From Malacoraja senta (Eukaryota): a stretch of 64,000 bases of DNA. The stretch's first letter is position 1. Each line of letters begins with the position of its first letter. Positions 36,290 through 49,528 of this stretch are shown piece by piece. The notes beneath the pieces are model-generated. The model searched no databases. It was not told where the DNA came from and saw only the letters and a list, made by a program, of their open reading frames with translations. Where the stretch lies: assembly GCA_038087875.1 (NCBI GenBank), contig JAXLNO010000173.1:248001-312000 (forward strand), written 5' to 3'. A program made the translations under genes and the position numbers.

Positions 36290-39200
36290 TGAACAAGGCA
36301 GAATGAACAAGTGGATGAATGTGTGGCTCAAGGGCTATTGCAGGCGGAAGGGATTCAGATTTTTAGACCATTGGGGTCTTTTCTGCGGCAGTGGTGACGT
36401 GTACAAGACGGATGGGTTACATCTGATCTGGAGAAGGACCACTACCTTTACTGGAAGGTTTGCTAGTGCTACTTGGGAGGGTTTAAAATAGAGAAGCACA
36501 TTTTGGAAGAAGTGAATAAAGGTGGGGGTTCGGATCAGTAGCACCCAAAGATAGGACAGAAAGAGAGGTGGTTTATGGTGATGGGCTGAAGTGTGTTTAT
36601 TCCAATGCAAGGAGTATTGTGAAGAAAGCAGACATACTTTGAGCCTGGATCGGTGCTAGGGACAATGATGATGGTGTGGCGCCATCTGGTGGTTGAGCCA
36701 CTTATAGATTGAACCCTCGACAGTAGAGGTGGAACGGTCAGGTGACTGAGTTTGGCGGGAGTTTGCGAGTGAAGATCGTCATCAGTCCACTGGTGTGTCC
36801 TACAGCAGCAGCACAGACTGCGCAGCCCCATGTATGGCTGACGAGACCAAATCTTACTATGTGGTCCGTGCGCTGGATCAGGACATTGTCAGTCGCCTTG
36901 TCCATTACCTTCACCAGCCACCAGCTGACTGCAACTACGATGGCCTCAAAGCGCTCCTTTTGCGCACTTTCGGGCTCCGCCGCCACGACTGGGCTGCGAG
37001 ACTCATGCGTGGTCCCGGCGATCGCAAGCTGTCCGTGCCTTCCGTGGACAATGTCTACGCCCAGGTTTTGGCGGAATTCCCTGACATTCTACACCCCCAG
37101 TTTCATTCGGCCATCCCCAAACATGGGGTGGTGCAGCATATTCCCACCACTGGGCCGCCACTCCACTCACATGCACGCAGGCCTCCCCCCGACATGCTTC
37201 AAATTACCAAGGCCGAGTTCCGTCAGATGGAGGCCATGGGTATTGAGCGTCGCTACGACAGCCCACGGGCCTATCTGCTTCACATGGTCCCCAAAGTGTC
37301 TGGGGGCTGGAGGCCTTGTAGGGATTATCGCCATCTCAATCCTCACATCCATGACTTCACGGCTCATCTGGACGGCACCAAGATCTTTTCTAAAGTCGAC
37401 CTGGTTCGGGGCTGTCACCAGGTCCCGCTCCATCCGAACTACGTACCCAAGGCGGCTCTCAACACCCCTTCTGGGATGTTTGAGTTCCTCCGGATGCCGT
37501 TCAGCCTCAAGAATGGCGTGCAGGCTTTCCAGCGACCGATGGACATGGTGGGCCATGGTTTGGACTTACTAATTATTTACGTGGATGATATCTTCGTCGC
37601 CAGTCACTCTGTGCTCATCTCCGGTTACCCTGTCAATGGCTCAGTGAGCATGGCCTGGCCATCAACCTGGCTAAGTGTCAGTTTGGTCTTAGTACCATAA
37701 CTTTCCTCGGCCATCACGTTACCCCGCATGGTGCAGTCCCGCTCCCGGACAGGTTTGAGGCCATTCGGCAGTTTCCTCGACCATCCATGGTGAAACGTCT
37801 CCAGGAGTTTGTGGGCATGGTGAACTTTTACCATTGTTTCGTGCCAGCGGCTGCTCGGATCATGCGGCCGTTGTTCAAGTTCCTGGCCAGCAAGCAGCGG
37901 GACCTCGTGTGGGATAATGAGGCCACGAAAGAGGCGCTGGGGAAGGCGACGATGCTGATGCCCCGACCGCACTGATGGTTGACGCCATTGACACCGCAGT
38001 GGGGGACGTGCTGGAGCAGTTGATTGATGGACCCTGGCAGACCCTTGACTTTTTCAGTCATTATCTGCGACCTCCTGAGTGGCTGCACAGCAGGCGGATG
38101 CAGAGATGCTCGCCTACCACACCGCCATTTCCAGCCGGGTGATGGAGGATGTGCGGTTTGGTGCCGCTGGTCCAACGGTTGTGTGTGATGTGTCTACTGG
38201 TCAGCTGAGACCGATCATCCCTGCAGCTTGGTGTCGCCGGGTGTTCGACATGATTCATGGTTTGGCTCACCCTGCCATCCGGGCGAAGACAGCATTGTTG
38301 GCGGCCAGGGTTTATGTGGCATGGGTTGCACAAGCAGGTCGGCAACTGGGCCAGGGCATGTATTCCCTGTCAGACGTACAAGGTCTAGCGTCACGTCAAG
38401 GCGCCCTTGCAGAATTTTGCCTCACCTCACCGGCGGTTTACGTTGACATCGTGGGTCTGCTGCCCCCCATGCAGGGGTTTCATTCAGCTTCTCACCATTG
38501 TGGATCGCTTCACGCGGTAGACGGAGGCTGTCCCGCTCGATGATATCTCTGCTGCAATGTGTGCACGTGCCCTCGCTGCCCACTGGATTGCTCGTTTCGG
38601 TGTGTCGATGGACATCTAGTCTGACAGGGGGTACACAGTTCACCTTCCGAGTTATGGTCTGCCATGTCCCGGCTGTTGGGAGCTCAGCTACATCACACCA
38701 TGGATTACCACCCACAATCCAACGGTTTGGTCGAGCGGTTTCACCGACACCTGTAAGCTTCCTTGAAGGTGTGGCTCACGGGTCCGGATTGGTTGGATGA
38801 GTTGCTATGGCTTCTGTTGGGGATCCGCGCGGCTCCAATGGAGGACTTGGCTACTTCTTCTGCTGAGTTGGTGTATGGCACCCCGCTTACAGTTCCAGGG
38901 GATTTCATTCCCGCGGCACATGGGTAGCAGGAGCCGCCCTCGTCCCTGCTGGTGCGTCTCCGGGAAAAGGTGGGCACGCTTTCCCCTGTTCCGACGTCCT
39001 GTCACGGACTTACTCCTACGGACGTCCCTTCTGCGCTCATGGACTGCCAGCATATTTTCCTGCATCGTGGTGCACTCCGGACACCGTTGCAACGATCGTA
39101 TGAGGGTCCTTTCCGGGTGCTGCAGCACGGCACCTCGAATTTTGTGCTCGACATGGGGAGCTGGCGAGAGACTGTGTCAGTTGCTCACCTTCAGCCGGCT

Positions 39201-40530
39201 CATTTGGACATTAGTCAGCCCGTGCATGTGGCCTTCCCTCGCCGTCAGGGGCGTCCGCCATCCGGCCCGCTTCTGCTCACGCCTTTGCCGATTGTTTCCG
39301 TGAGCAAGGGTGCTGTGTGTACGAGGTCGGGTCACCACATTCGTCTGCCTACTCGTTCCTCCGGTTCTGGGGGGGTGGGTGAGCCATTTGGCGCCATCTG
39401 GTGGTTGAGCCACTTATGGATCAAACCCTCGTCAGTTGAGGTGGAAAGTTCACGTGACTGTTTGGGTCACACGGGAGTTTGCGAGTGAAGATCATCATCA
39501 GTCCGCGGGTGTGTCCTACAGACCTTGCTAGAGCTCTGACGTGTGTGTTTAACAGTTGTAATTGTGAATAAAGACGCGTGAATTACTACAATGTGGCCAT
39601 TGTGGAAATGTGGTTGCGAGAGGTATTCCAGTGGCAGCTCAATGTTCCAGGGTTTTGTTGTTTCAGATATGGTCGGGAGGGAGACAAAAGAGGTGGAGGA
39701 GGTGCACGATTAATAAAGGAGACTGTCACAGCAGCACTCAGAGAGGACGCATTGGACAGTTCATCTGCTGAGGTAATATGAGTGAAGCTTAGAAATAAGA
39801 TTGTACTGTAATCATGAGATTGTATATAGACCACCCCAAACACACACACAATAGCAAGCAAGAGATAGTGGAACAGATACATAGACAGATTTCCCACAGA
39901 GGACTTAGTAGTGACTTTGACTCCAAATTACTCATTGCAAAAGGCTTATTGTGAGATGTATCCGTAAGGGTTTCTTGAACAATTATGTGGGTAGTCTGAC
40001 CCTGGAAGGGAACATACTGGACCTTGTGTTGGGAAATGAGCTTGGCCCGGTGACTGGTGTTTCAGTGGGAGAGCATTTCAGGGCTAGTGATCACAACTCC
40101 ATCGGTTTTGATATTGTTTTAAATGCGGAAAAGACTGAACCTTACTAAAGTACTAAACCAGGTTAAGGCAAACTACAAATTAATTAGGCAGGAGCTCAGG
40201 AGAGTACAGTGGGAGCACTGAGTCAGTGGTAATTCTACATCCGTCATGTGGGAATCGCCTAAAGACCAGTTGATTCAAGTTCAGAACTGTTCCCATGGGG
40301 ATGAGGGATGAGGACGGCAAATTAATGGAACATTGGATAACCAAAGAGGTTATAAATTTGCTCAAATGGAAAAATGGAGTGCACGCAGGATTTGAGGATG
40401 GAATCAGAGGGCCTTTGAGGAATATAAAGAATTCAATTGGGCAATTCGAAGGGTCAAAAAGGGGCCACAACATGTCTTTGGTGAGTCACATTAAAGAAAA
40501 TCCCAAAGGATTTCTTACATACACTCCCTG
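36290..40530 (+). mobile_element. Decayed CR1 (ORF1 esterase end plus ORF2 APE), split by Gypsy
   Basis: WLKGYCRRKGFRFLDHW...DGLHL (36303-36491). APE sequence resumes at 39591 (VAIVEMWL...RGGGGA...ILDLVLGNE...SDHN). Confidence 0.8.
36675..39590 (+). mobile_element. Ty3/Gypsy LTR retrotransposon, internally deleted
   Basis: LTRs at 36675-36810 (3'-truncated) and about 39387-39590 (ends ...ACTACA). G-rich PPT at about 39368. RT motifs WRPCRDYR, FSKVDLVRG, MPFSLKNG and YVDD. Integrase and GPY/F-type remnants (RSYEGPFRVL). Imperfect TSD ATGG/ATGT. Confidence 0.92.
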
Positions 40531-40644
40531 ATTGATGTAAGGGTTACATTCCATAAATCCTAACGTAAATCAGATTTTACTCATGTTGGAATCACTTTAA
40601 AACTAGGTAGAAATATAGAACTGCACATGCAGGTTAATGCACAA

Positions 40645-42015
40645 AATGGCACAAAGTGCTGGAGTAACTCAGCGAGTCAGGCAACATCTCTGGAGATCAT
40701 GGAGGTAACATTCTGTCTGTGCAATTCTGCTCCTTCTTGACCTCAGCGCAGCATTTGATACTGTCGACCACACCATCCTAATTGACCGTCTCCGGTATGG
40801 GGTTGGTATTGATGGCACTGCCCTGAGCTGGTTCATCTCCTACCTCAAAGGTAGGAGTTTCTCGACTAACATAGGCAACTCTTTCTCCTCCCCAGCTAAT
40901 CTCTGCTGTGGTGTTCCACAAGGTTCCATCCTTGGCCCCATTTTGTTCTCCCTGTATATGCTCCCCTTAGGCCAAGTCATTGAAAGGCACGGCATTTCCT
41001 TCCATTGCTACGCAGACGATACACAACTCTATCTCCCCCTGAAGCCCCAAACCAATCAAATCTGTTTAACCTTACCCACTGCCTCGAAGATATAAAGTGT
41101 TGGATGGCCCAGAACTCCCTCCAACTAAACAAGAGTAAGTCTGAGGTCATCCTTCTCGGCCCCTTGGACTCAATCAAAATGACAGCAGGCAGCCTTGGAA
41201 GCCTTACCCCACTACTCAAACCTCACGTCAAAAACCTTGGCATGATATTTGACTCAGCACTGAAATTTGACAAACAAGTCAATGCCGTGGTAAAAGCTAG
41301 CTTCTTTCAGCTTCGGACGATAGTTAAAATAAAACAATTCCTCCAGTTTGATGACCTGGAAAAGATCATCCACACATTCATCTCCTCCTGCCTAGATTAC
41401 TGCAACTCCCTTTACACTGGCATCAGCCAATCTTCCCTGTCCCGCCTGCAACTGGTCTAAAACGCCGCAGCGAGACTCCTGACGGGCTCCCGGAAAAGGG
41501 ACCACATCACCCCGATCCTGGTCTCTCTCCACTGGCTCCCTGTGCGGTTCCGTATAAACTTCAAGATCCTCCTCCATGTCTACAAAACCCTCAATGGGCT
41601 TGCCCCCACCTACATAAAAAGACTTCTCATCCACCACTCCACCTCCAGGCCCCTCAGATCGGCCGACTTGGGGTTGCTGAATATCCCACGGTCTAGGCAT
41701 AAACTCAGGGGCGACCACGCCTTAGCGGTTGCAGCCCCTAGACTGTGGAACAGCATCCCCTTTCCCATCAGAACAGCCCCCTCCAACGACTCTTTTAAGT
41801 CAAGACTTAAGGCTTATCTGTACTCCCAAGCCTTTCCTGACGTCCTTTGAGTGAGGGCTACATGTATATATGTATGTAGTTTGTTTTGTTTGTGTTATTC
41901 TTATAACAAATGTAAAGCACTTTGGCCAACGAGAGTTGTTTTTTAAATGTGCTATATAAATAAATGTGACTTGACTTGACTTGACATTACGGGTTGGACC
42001 CTTCTTAAGACTGAT
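40645..42015 (-). repeat. Penelope terminal repeat split by an L2 insertion (40645-40712 and 41984-42015)
   Basis: TSD ACATT at 40708-40712 and 41984-41988. The halves rejoin into the consensus end. Confidence 0.7.
40713..41983 (+). mobile_element. L2 LINE RT plus 3' end
   Basis: [48 protein letters not shown] and a (GACTT)n tail. Confidence 0.95.
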
Positions 42016-42829
42016 TTAATCTGCTCAGTTACTTTCTGTTACTTTCTGCTATTTCTTAAAACTCTGCTCCAGTGCTGCTGGTCAGCTGTCACTTTGTCAG
42101 CTCCCCCCTGCACTGTTGCCTCTTCCACCTTCTGCTCCAGAGTCTCTGACATCTTCATATGTCGGCAACTCTGGGGGTGAAGGAGGAGACGACGGTGGAA
42201 GCAGAACGGTGGAGTGGACTCAGTGAAGGCCGACTGGAAGCAGTAGATGGTGAGAGGGGAGGGAGGCCGACAGTGGCTCCGCGTGTCTTGTTGGTGGAGG
42301 CGGCCCAAAGAAAGCTCCGTCGGCCATGGGGCTACAATATGAGCCGCATCAACAGCCATGTCAACTAGACGGTGCAGCAGCTGGTGAAGGACAGGCTAGT
42401 GCATCTTGTGAAAGATGACTGCAACTCGGCCAGGATTTGCTCCCTCATTCTCGCTCGCCTTCCCAGTGTCAATCCGATAGGGGCTGAAGCTGGAAGATCA
42501 GCGATCCCATGCAACGTTTTTGTATCCATGAAGCTGACGGGAAACCCTTGCCATCCTCCCATTGCAATAGCACAGGTCATTCAGAAATCAGGACCACCTA
42601 TTGTAATTTTTTTACATGAGGGTAAGTTAAATGTAACTTGCTTGCAACAGGAGTGTCAGTATTAAAAACAGGAGGAACAGGGAGAAAGTAGGACTGCTCA
42701 AGGATCAAGAAGGGAATTTGTGCTTGGAGTCTGGAGATGTTGGAGAGGTACTAAATGAGAACTTTGTATTGGTTTTTATCAAGGAAAATGAAATGGAGGA
42801 CAGTGAGATAATTGTGGAGAACACACTTT

Positions 42830-43262
42830 GAATCTTTCGTTTTGGAATGAAATGATCCTGCGTCTTGCGGAATATGCCCTGCATATTGAAATCCCCCCAT
42901 CACCACAGTGGCATTACCTTTGCTACATGCCAGTTTTAACTCCTGCAACAACTTACACCCTACATCCGGGCTACTATTTGGGGGTCTGTAAATAACACCA
43001 ATTAGTGTCTTCTTGCCTTTACAATTCCTCAACTCAATCCACAGTGACTCTACCTCGTCAGTCCCTATGACTTCCCTCGCAAGGGACTGAATTCCATCCC
43101 TCACCAGCAGAGCTACCCCCCTCCTCTGCCCACCTGCCTGTCCTTTCTATAGGATGTATAACCCTGAATATTAAGTTCCCAGGCCCAATCCTCCTGCAGC
43201 CACGTCTCAGTAATCCCCACAATGTCATATCTACCAACCTTTAACTGAGCCTCAAGCTCATC
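42830..43262 (-). mobile_element. CR1 APE fragment
   Basis: VESLWIELRNCKGKKTLIGVIYRPPNS. Confidence 0.85.
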
Positions 43263-43820
43263 AAGCTCTTCTGGTCAGGAATGATATTCAGTCCTCAGCA
43301 AGGGTGGACATAGGATCAGAAGATGTAGAATCTTTGTAGGTAGAGCTAAGGAACTGCAAGGGCAACAAGAGCCTGATGGGAATTATATCGACTCTGGACA
43401 GTAGCCAGGATTGACGGTGCAAATGACATCATGTGATACAAGAAAGGCAGTGTTACAGTGGTGGACACAAAATGCTGGAGTTACTCAGCGGGACAGGCAG
43501 CATCTCTGGCGAGAAGGAATGGGTGACTTTGAGTCGAGACCCTTCTTCAGACTGATGTCAGAGGAGTGAGCAGTACAAAGATAATATGTAGTCAGAGACA
43601 GTAAGACTGGTCGGAGAACTGGGAAGGGGAGGGGATGGAGATAGAGGGAAAGCAAGGGCTATTTGAAATTAGAGAATTCAATGTTCATACCGCTGGAGTG
43701 TCAGCTGCCCAAGCAAAATATGATGTGCTGTTCCTCCAATTTGTGCTGGGCCTCACTCTGACAATGGAGGAGGCCCAGGACAGAAAGGTCTGTGTGGGAA
43801 TGGGAGGGGGGGTTATAGTG

Positions 43821-43851
<31 letters not shown>

Positions 43852-46800
43852 TTATTTATTAGAAGTACATTACATTACAACCACATACATTAATACTCGT
43901 CATTTATATCTTCTTACAATTAATGTACTCCCTTTATTTTTTTTTTTACACTAGAAAAAGAAAAGATTGAAAGAAAGAAGAAAGTGAAGGAAAAAGTGTA
44001 AGTGTAGAAAAGTGTAGAAAATGTAACAACAAAAAAGGACGAAGACCCTATAAGAGCGAAATTAAAAACAAAAAGAAAAAGAGTTAAGAAATAGGCCCTA
44101 AGAAAAGAAAAGAGAAAGAGAAAAAAAGAGAAACAAATGCTTTTTTTGAGCATCACGTAAATAGGACATACCAACTCTTCAACTATCATCCCCCCTTACC
44201 TGACCTCAATTTTTTAATTTTTTTAAAGTACTTTTGCACCCTATGTTTGTAATAATTCTATAAATGCAGACCACGTCAGGTGGAAGTGATCTGGTTTACC
44301 TGCTAGGAGGAGTCTTATCTCTTCTAGATGTAATGTTTCAAACATATTTGAAATCCACATATTTATAGTTGGTATTGGAGCCTTCTTCCAAAATTTTAGA
44401 ATTAGCTTTTTTCCAGTTATTAACCCATAGTCCATTAATTTCTTTTGAAACACATTTAGTTCTGGATCATCTTCCGTTATTCCGAAGATAATCCATTCTG
44501 CTTTGGGTATCAGTCTTGTTTTAAATAACTTTGTAAAGATTTCAAAAATTTCATTCCAAAATTTTTGAATTTTTGTACAGAAGACAAATGAGTGCGCTAT
44601 AGTTGCTTCTTGGGATTGACATTTATCACAAGTAGATGATACGTTTGGGAAAATTTTATGAATTTTAGTTTTCGAATAATATAATCTATGTAAAATTTTA
44701 AATTGTATTAAAGTGTGTCTTACATTAATCGAGCATTTATGCACGTTTAATAAGTATTCATTCCAACTTTCCTTTGAAATTTTAATAGCTAACTCTTGTT
44801 CCCAGTCTCTTCTGATACCCTCCGTAGGTGGTATTTGTACATTTAAAATAATATTATACAAATATGATATTAAGTTTGCTGATTCCGCTTTTATCTGCAT
44901 TGCCTCGTCCAATACATCTACTGGATTATTATAATGATCTTTTGTATATTTTTTCAAATAGTCGCATATTTGAAAATATTTAAAATATTGATTATTTCCG
45001 AGTTTATATTTTATTTGTAATTGTTGAAATGAAAGTAATTTTCCAGTTTCATACAAGTCACCAAGCGTTTTAATTCCTAGTTTATCCCATTGTGTATAAG
45101 CTTTATCTATAATAGAAGGACTAAACGAAGGGTTATTGACTATAGGTAATAAAAGTGATAAGTTTCTTAATTTTAAATTTTGTTTTATTTGTTTCCAAAT
45201 ACGGATTGTACTATGGATAATTGGGTTCTTATTATAGTTTATGTTATTCAGTTTCATTGGAGAGAGGAGGATCGCTCCAATGTTTCTAGAGGAACAATCC
45301 TCTTTCTCCATTACAATCCAGTCTACTTGCTGGGCGGAGTTATCCATCAGTTGAATCATGTTTTTAATATTTACTGACCAATAATAATACATAAAATTAG
45401 GTAGTGCTAGACCCCCCAATACTTTAGGTTTATTCAGATGGGTTTTTTGTATTCTATGTGATTTATAGTCCCATATAAAATTAGTGATATCTGAGTCGAG
45501 TTTTTTAAAAAACTTCTTAGGTAAGTATATAGGAATTGATTGAAATAGGTATAAAATTTGTGGTAAAAAGATCATTTTTATTGCGTTTATTCGGCCTATT
45601 AAAGACATCGGGAGCGTTTTCCAGAATTTAATTAATGTATTTAGTTTATTAAGTAGGGGGGCAAAATTTGTCCTGAACATACCTTGATATGTTCTGGTAA
45701 TTTCGATTCCCAAATATTTAAATTTTTCTGTAGCTATTTTAAAAGGGAATTTTAAAAGATGTGTTGAATCTTTCGGTTTTATTGACATAATTTCACTTTT
45801 ATTCCAATTTATTCTATATCCAGAAAAAGATCCGAAGTCTTCAATTAAATTTAATATATTTGGTATAGTGATTTGAGGTTTTGTAATATAAAATAATATA
45901 TCATCCGCGTATAAAGATATTTTATTATATGAGTCTTTAGTATTATATCCATGAATATCAGGGTGTATTCTAATTTTTTCTGCTAGCGGTTCAATAATGA
46001 GAGCAAACAGCTGTGGTGATAATGAGCATCCTTGTCTATTTCCCCTTGATAGTTGAAATTTCGAGGATAATATGTTATTAGTAAGTATTCTAGCTGTAGG
46101 TTTGTTATATAGTAACTTAATCCATAAAATAAAATTCTCTCCCAGTTGAAATTTTTGTAATACTTTATCCATATAATTCCATTCTACTTGATCAAATGCT
46201 TTTTCAGCATCCAGCGAAATAATTGATAATTCTTGATCTTCAGATTTGTGTGAGTGCATTATGTTGAGTAGACGTCTCATATTATTAGAAGAGTATCTCT
46301 TAGGGATAAACCCTGTCTGATCTGGGTTTATTAATTTACTAATGTATTTACTTAATCTTCTAGCTAATGTTTTCGCTAATATTTTTTGATCTGTGTTTAA
46401 CAATGCTATCGCTCTATATGAGCCAGGTTCTTCTAAATCTTTATTTTTCTTAGGTATTAATGTAATCGTTGATTCCGCTAATGTATCAGGTAGTATTCGT
46501 TTTTTAAAAGCGTATTGGTACATTTTTTGTAATCTTGGTATTATTTTATCATAAAAGCTTTTATAAAATTCATTAGTAAATCCATCAGGGCCTGGTGTTT
46601 TTCCATTTTTTAATGAGTTTATTGTATCTTCTAATTCCTTAATTGAGATTTGTGCACCCAGTTCCTCTTGTTCCTTCAGCTCTAACTTTGGAAGATTACA
46701 GGTATCCAAGAACTTTGTGATATTATTGGAATCAATTATCGTTTTAGATGTATACAAATTCTCGTAAAATTGCGCAAATCTTTTATTAATATCCTTCGGT

Positions 46801-48770
46801 GTTGTTAATAATTCCCCTTTATCTGATTTGATCTTTGGTATAGTATGTTCCTTTTCTCGTTTTTTTAGCTGGCGAGCCAAAAGTTTATGCGGTTTATCCC
46901 CAAATTCAAAGTGCTCTTGTTTTGTAATTTGAAAAAGTCTTATAAGTTTGGCAGATAATAATTTATTTAATTTAAATTTTAAAATTATTATTTTATTATG
47001 TTTATCTATTGATGGATCTTTAGCATTATCTATATTCATTTGTCTAATAAGTTCTTCTAACTGTCTTTGTTCATTCTTATTCTTTTTATTTTGAAAAGCT
47101 TGATATGAAATTATAATACCCCTAATGTATGCTTTAAAAGATTCCCAAAGTAAAGTAGGCGATATATCTGAAGTATCATTTGTTTGAAAAAAGACCTCCA
47201 TTTGTTCTTTTAAATATATACTCGCTTGTGGATCTTTTAAAATTTGAGAGTTAAATCTCCAGAATGATTTATTCTTAGACAATCCTTCCAGTTTTAAAAA
47301 AAAGTTAGTGGAGAATGGTCTGAAATTGAATTTGTATGGTATATTGCATTAGATGTTTGGGGGATTAATTTTGTATCCAGCAGAAAGTAGTCTATACGTA
47401 AGTATGTCTTATGTACCATTGAGTAAAACGAATATTCCCTGCCAGTTGGATTCACAATTCTCCAAACATCTGCTATATTAGTGTTATTTATATAGGTATT
47501 GAGGAGTTCCCCAGTTTTCGATTTCATATTCCCTCTCTGTTTTTGACTTGATTTATCTAAGTACGGATCTAAAACACAGTTAAAGTCTCCGCCTATTATA
47601 ACATTTTGATAGTTTGACTCTGCAATTATATTGAAGATTTTATTGAAAAAGTGGGGGTTATCAAAGTTAGGGGCATATATATTTACCAAAGTAAGTGGAG
47701 TGTCATGGATTTCTCCATTAACTATTAGGTATCTCCCTTCTATATCTGTTATAATATTCTTTGCTTTAAATGGTATACCTTTTCTTATGATAATTGACGT
47801 GCCTCTAGATTTTGAAGTAAATGAAGAGTGGTATGTTTGACCTATCCATTTCGCCCTCAGCCTAACTTGATCCTGAGGTTTTAGGTGTGTTTCTTGTAGG
47901 AAGGTAATGTCAGAATTGTACATTTTTAGCTGAGCTAATATCTTACCCCTTTTGATAGGTTCGTTAATACCTCTTATATTCCAACTACAAAATGAGATTC
48001 CTCCTAGGTTCTTTTGTGTGGTGTCATGCATTTTGAATAATTATAGTACCTTTGAATCTTGTGGTGCGTCCATGTCCCAGGTCTTTAGGTATTGGGGTAG
48101 TTTTTGAATTATTAACTTTTGCTGGTATGTCCATTTTACTCTTATCACTAAACACAAAACACAAACAAGTGATTTTATGTGATAAAAAAAAAACTAAAAA
48201 AGTGAGGCTACAGTGTCTGATATAGTCGGCACTGTAGCGAGTGTCCCACCTGTAGGTGGGAAAAAACCTTGTTTTGACTTCCATTGCGTTGTTACTCAAA
48301 TAGCTCCGCTCTCTTAGTTAATCATAACATATTAAAATATTAAAACGAGGCCTCACATTCAGATATATAATACAATTTTACCCTGATATTTCCTTATAAC
48401 ATATATATATATCGGAGTTTAATTATTAAACCAATATTTTTGATTTCAATAAGAATCAACTGTTGGTTGAAGGGGTTAACGAGACGTACTCCTGGACATA
48501 AGCCAGGAGCTCGTTTCTCATCCCCTCCTCCCGCTTATAGACAAGGTTACAATTTATTGAAAATTCATATTAGTATGTTAGTTCATTATTTTTTTTTGTT
48601 AGTATTCTAATCAAACCTGCATAACTTTTTAAGTTGTTAATAGGATAAGTTCTTACAATTGGTTATAATATTTTAATCAATAAGCAATTATTGTCTGATT
48701 CATATTCCAACTGTTAAGTTGTTTACACGTTTTGAACAGAAAATGTCCTTGATTCAACATTCCAGAGATA
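43821..48770 (-). mobile_element. Young L1-clade LINE, 5'-truncated (no ORF1), with poly(A) tail
   Basis: T26 on the plus strand at 43821-43846, AATAAA signal, AT-rich sequence, and a short duplication AGTGTTT at both ends. Confidence 0.93.
44241..48031 (-). CDS. L1 ORF2 (APE endonuclease, RT, CCHC); one frameshift at 47296-47303
   Basis: ORF 47294-48031 has SWNIRG, FLQETH, GGDFN, RIDYF and SDHSP. ORF 44241-47282 has KTPGPDG, SLDAEKAFD, RQGCSLSP, LYADD and CDKC...H...C. Confidence 0.92.
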
Positions 48771-49204
48771 ACAGTGTTTAGCAACTGGGAGACCAGATAG
48801 GTTTAGGCAGACTGAGCGGAGGTATTCAGTGAAACAATCGCCTAGCCTGCACTTGGTCTCGCTGATATACAGGAGTCCACACCTTGGAACAGCAAATGTT
48901 ACAGTGGTCATGGGAGATTTCAATATGCAGGTAGACTGGGAAATCAGGTTGGTACTGCACCTCAAGGGAGGGAATTTGTGGAGAGCTTTCGAGATAGCTT
49001 CATAGAGCAGCTTGTAGTGGAAAGTAACGGCAATTCTGGATTTGGTGTAGTGTAATGAGCCAGATTTGATCAGGGAGTTTAAAGTAGAGGTATCCTCAGA
49101 AGGTAATGAGCATAATATGATAAAATTCAGCCTGCAGTTTGAGAAGGGGAGGATGGAATCCGATGTGTCGGTATTATCGGTATATGTCGGTAGCATAATC
49201 ATGT

Positions 49205-49528
49205 GGGCGGCTGCGTTGCATAGTGGCGCAGCGGTAGAGGTGCTGCCTCACAGCGCTTTCAACGCTAGAGACCCAGGTTCGATCCCGACTATGGGTGCTG
49301 TCTGTGTGGATTTGCTACGTTCTCCCGGTGACCGTAGGTTTCCTCTGAGATCATCGGTTTCCTCCCACACTCCAAAGATGTACAGGTTTGTAGGTTAATT
49401 GGCTTGGTATAACTGTAATTTGTCCCTATTGTATGTAGGATAGTGTTATGATGCGGTGATCGTTGGTTGGCGAAGAGTCGGCAGGTGTAAGGGCCTGTTT
49501 CTGTGCTGTATCTCTAAATGAAACCAAA
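49205..49528 (+). mobile_element. V-SINE (HE1-like)
   Basis: A and B boxes plus V-domain, as at 31365. Confidence 0.88.

Larger units (their letters stand above)
43463..48896 (-). mobile_element. Penelope 3' fragment (43463-43820 and 48770-48896) split by L1
   Basis: 12-bp TSD TGTTACAGTGGT at 43451-43462 and 48897-48908. GIY-YIG remnant CGLLYISETKCRLGDCFTEY. Mutated hammerhead at about 43522-43555. Confidence 0.88.

Noticed and set aside
42039..42665. Several 70-106 aa ORFs in unique-looking sequence, with a plus-strand donor at about 42621
   Set aside because: No recognisable domain or consistent exon structure.
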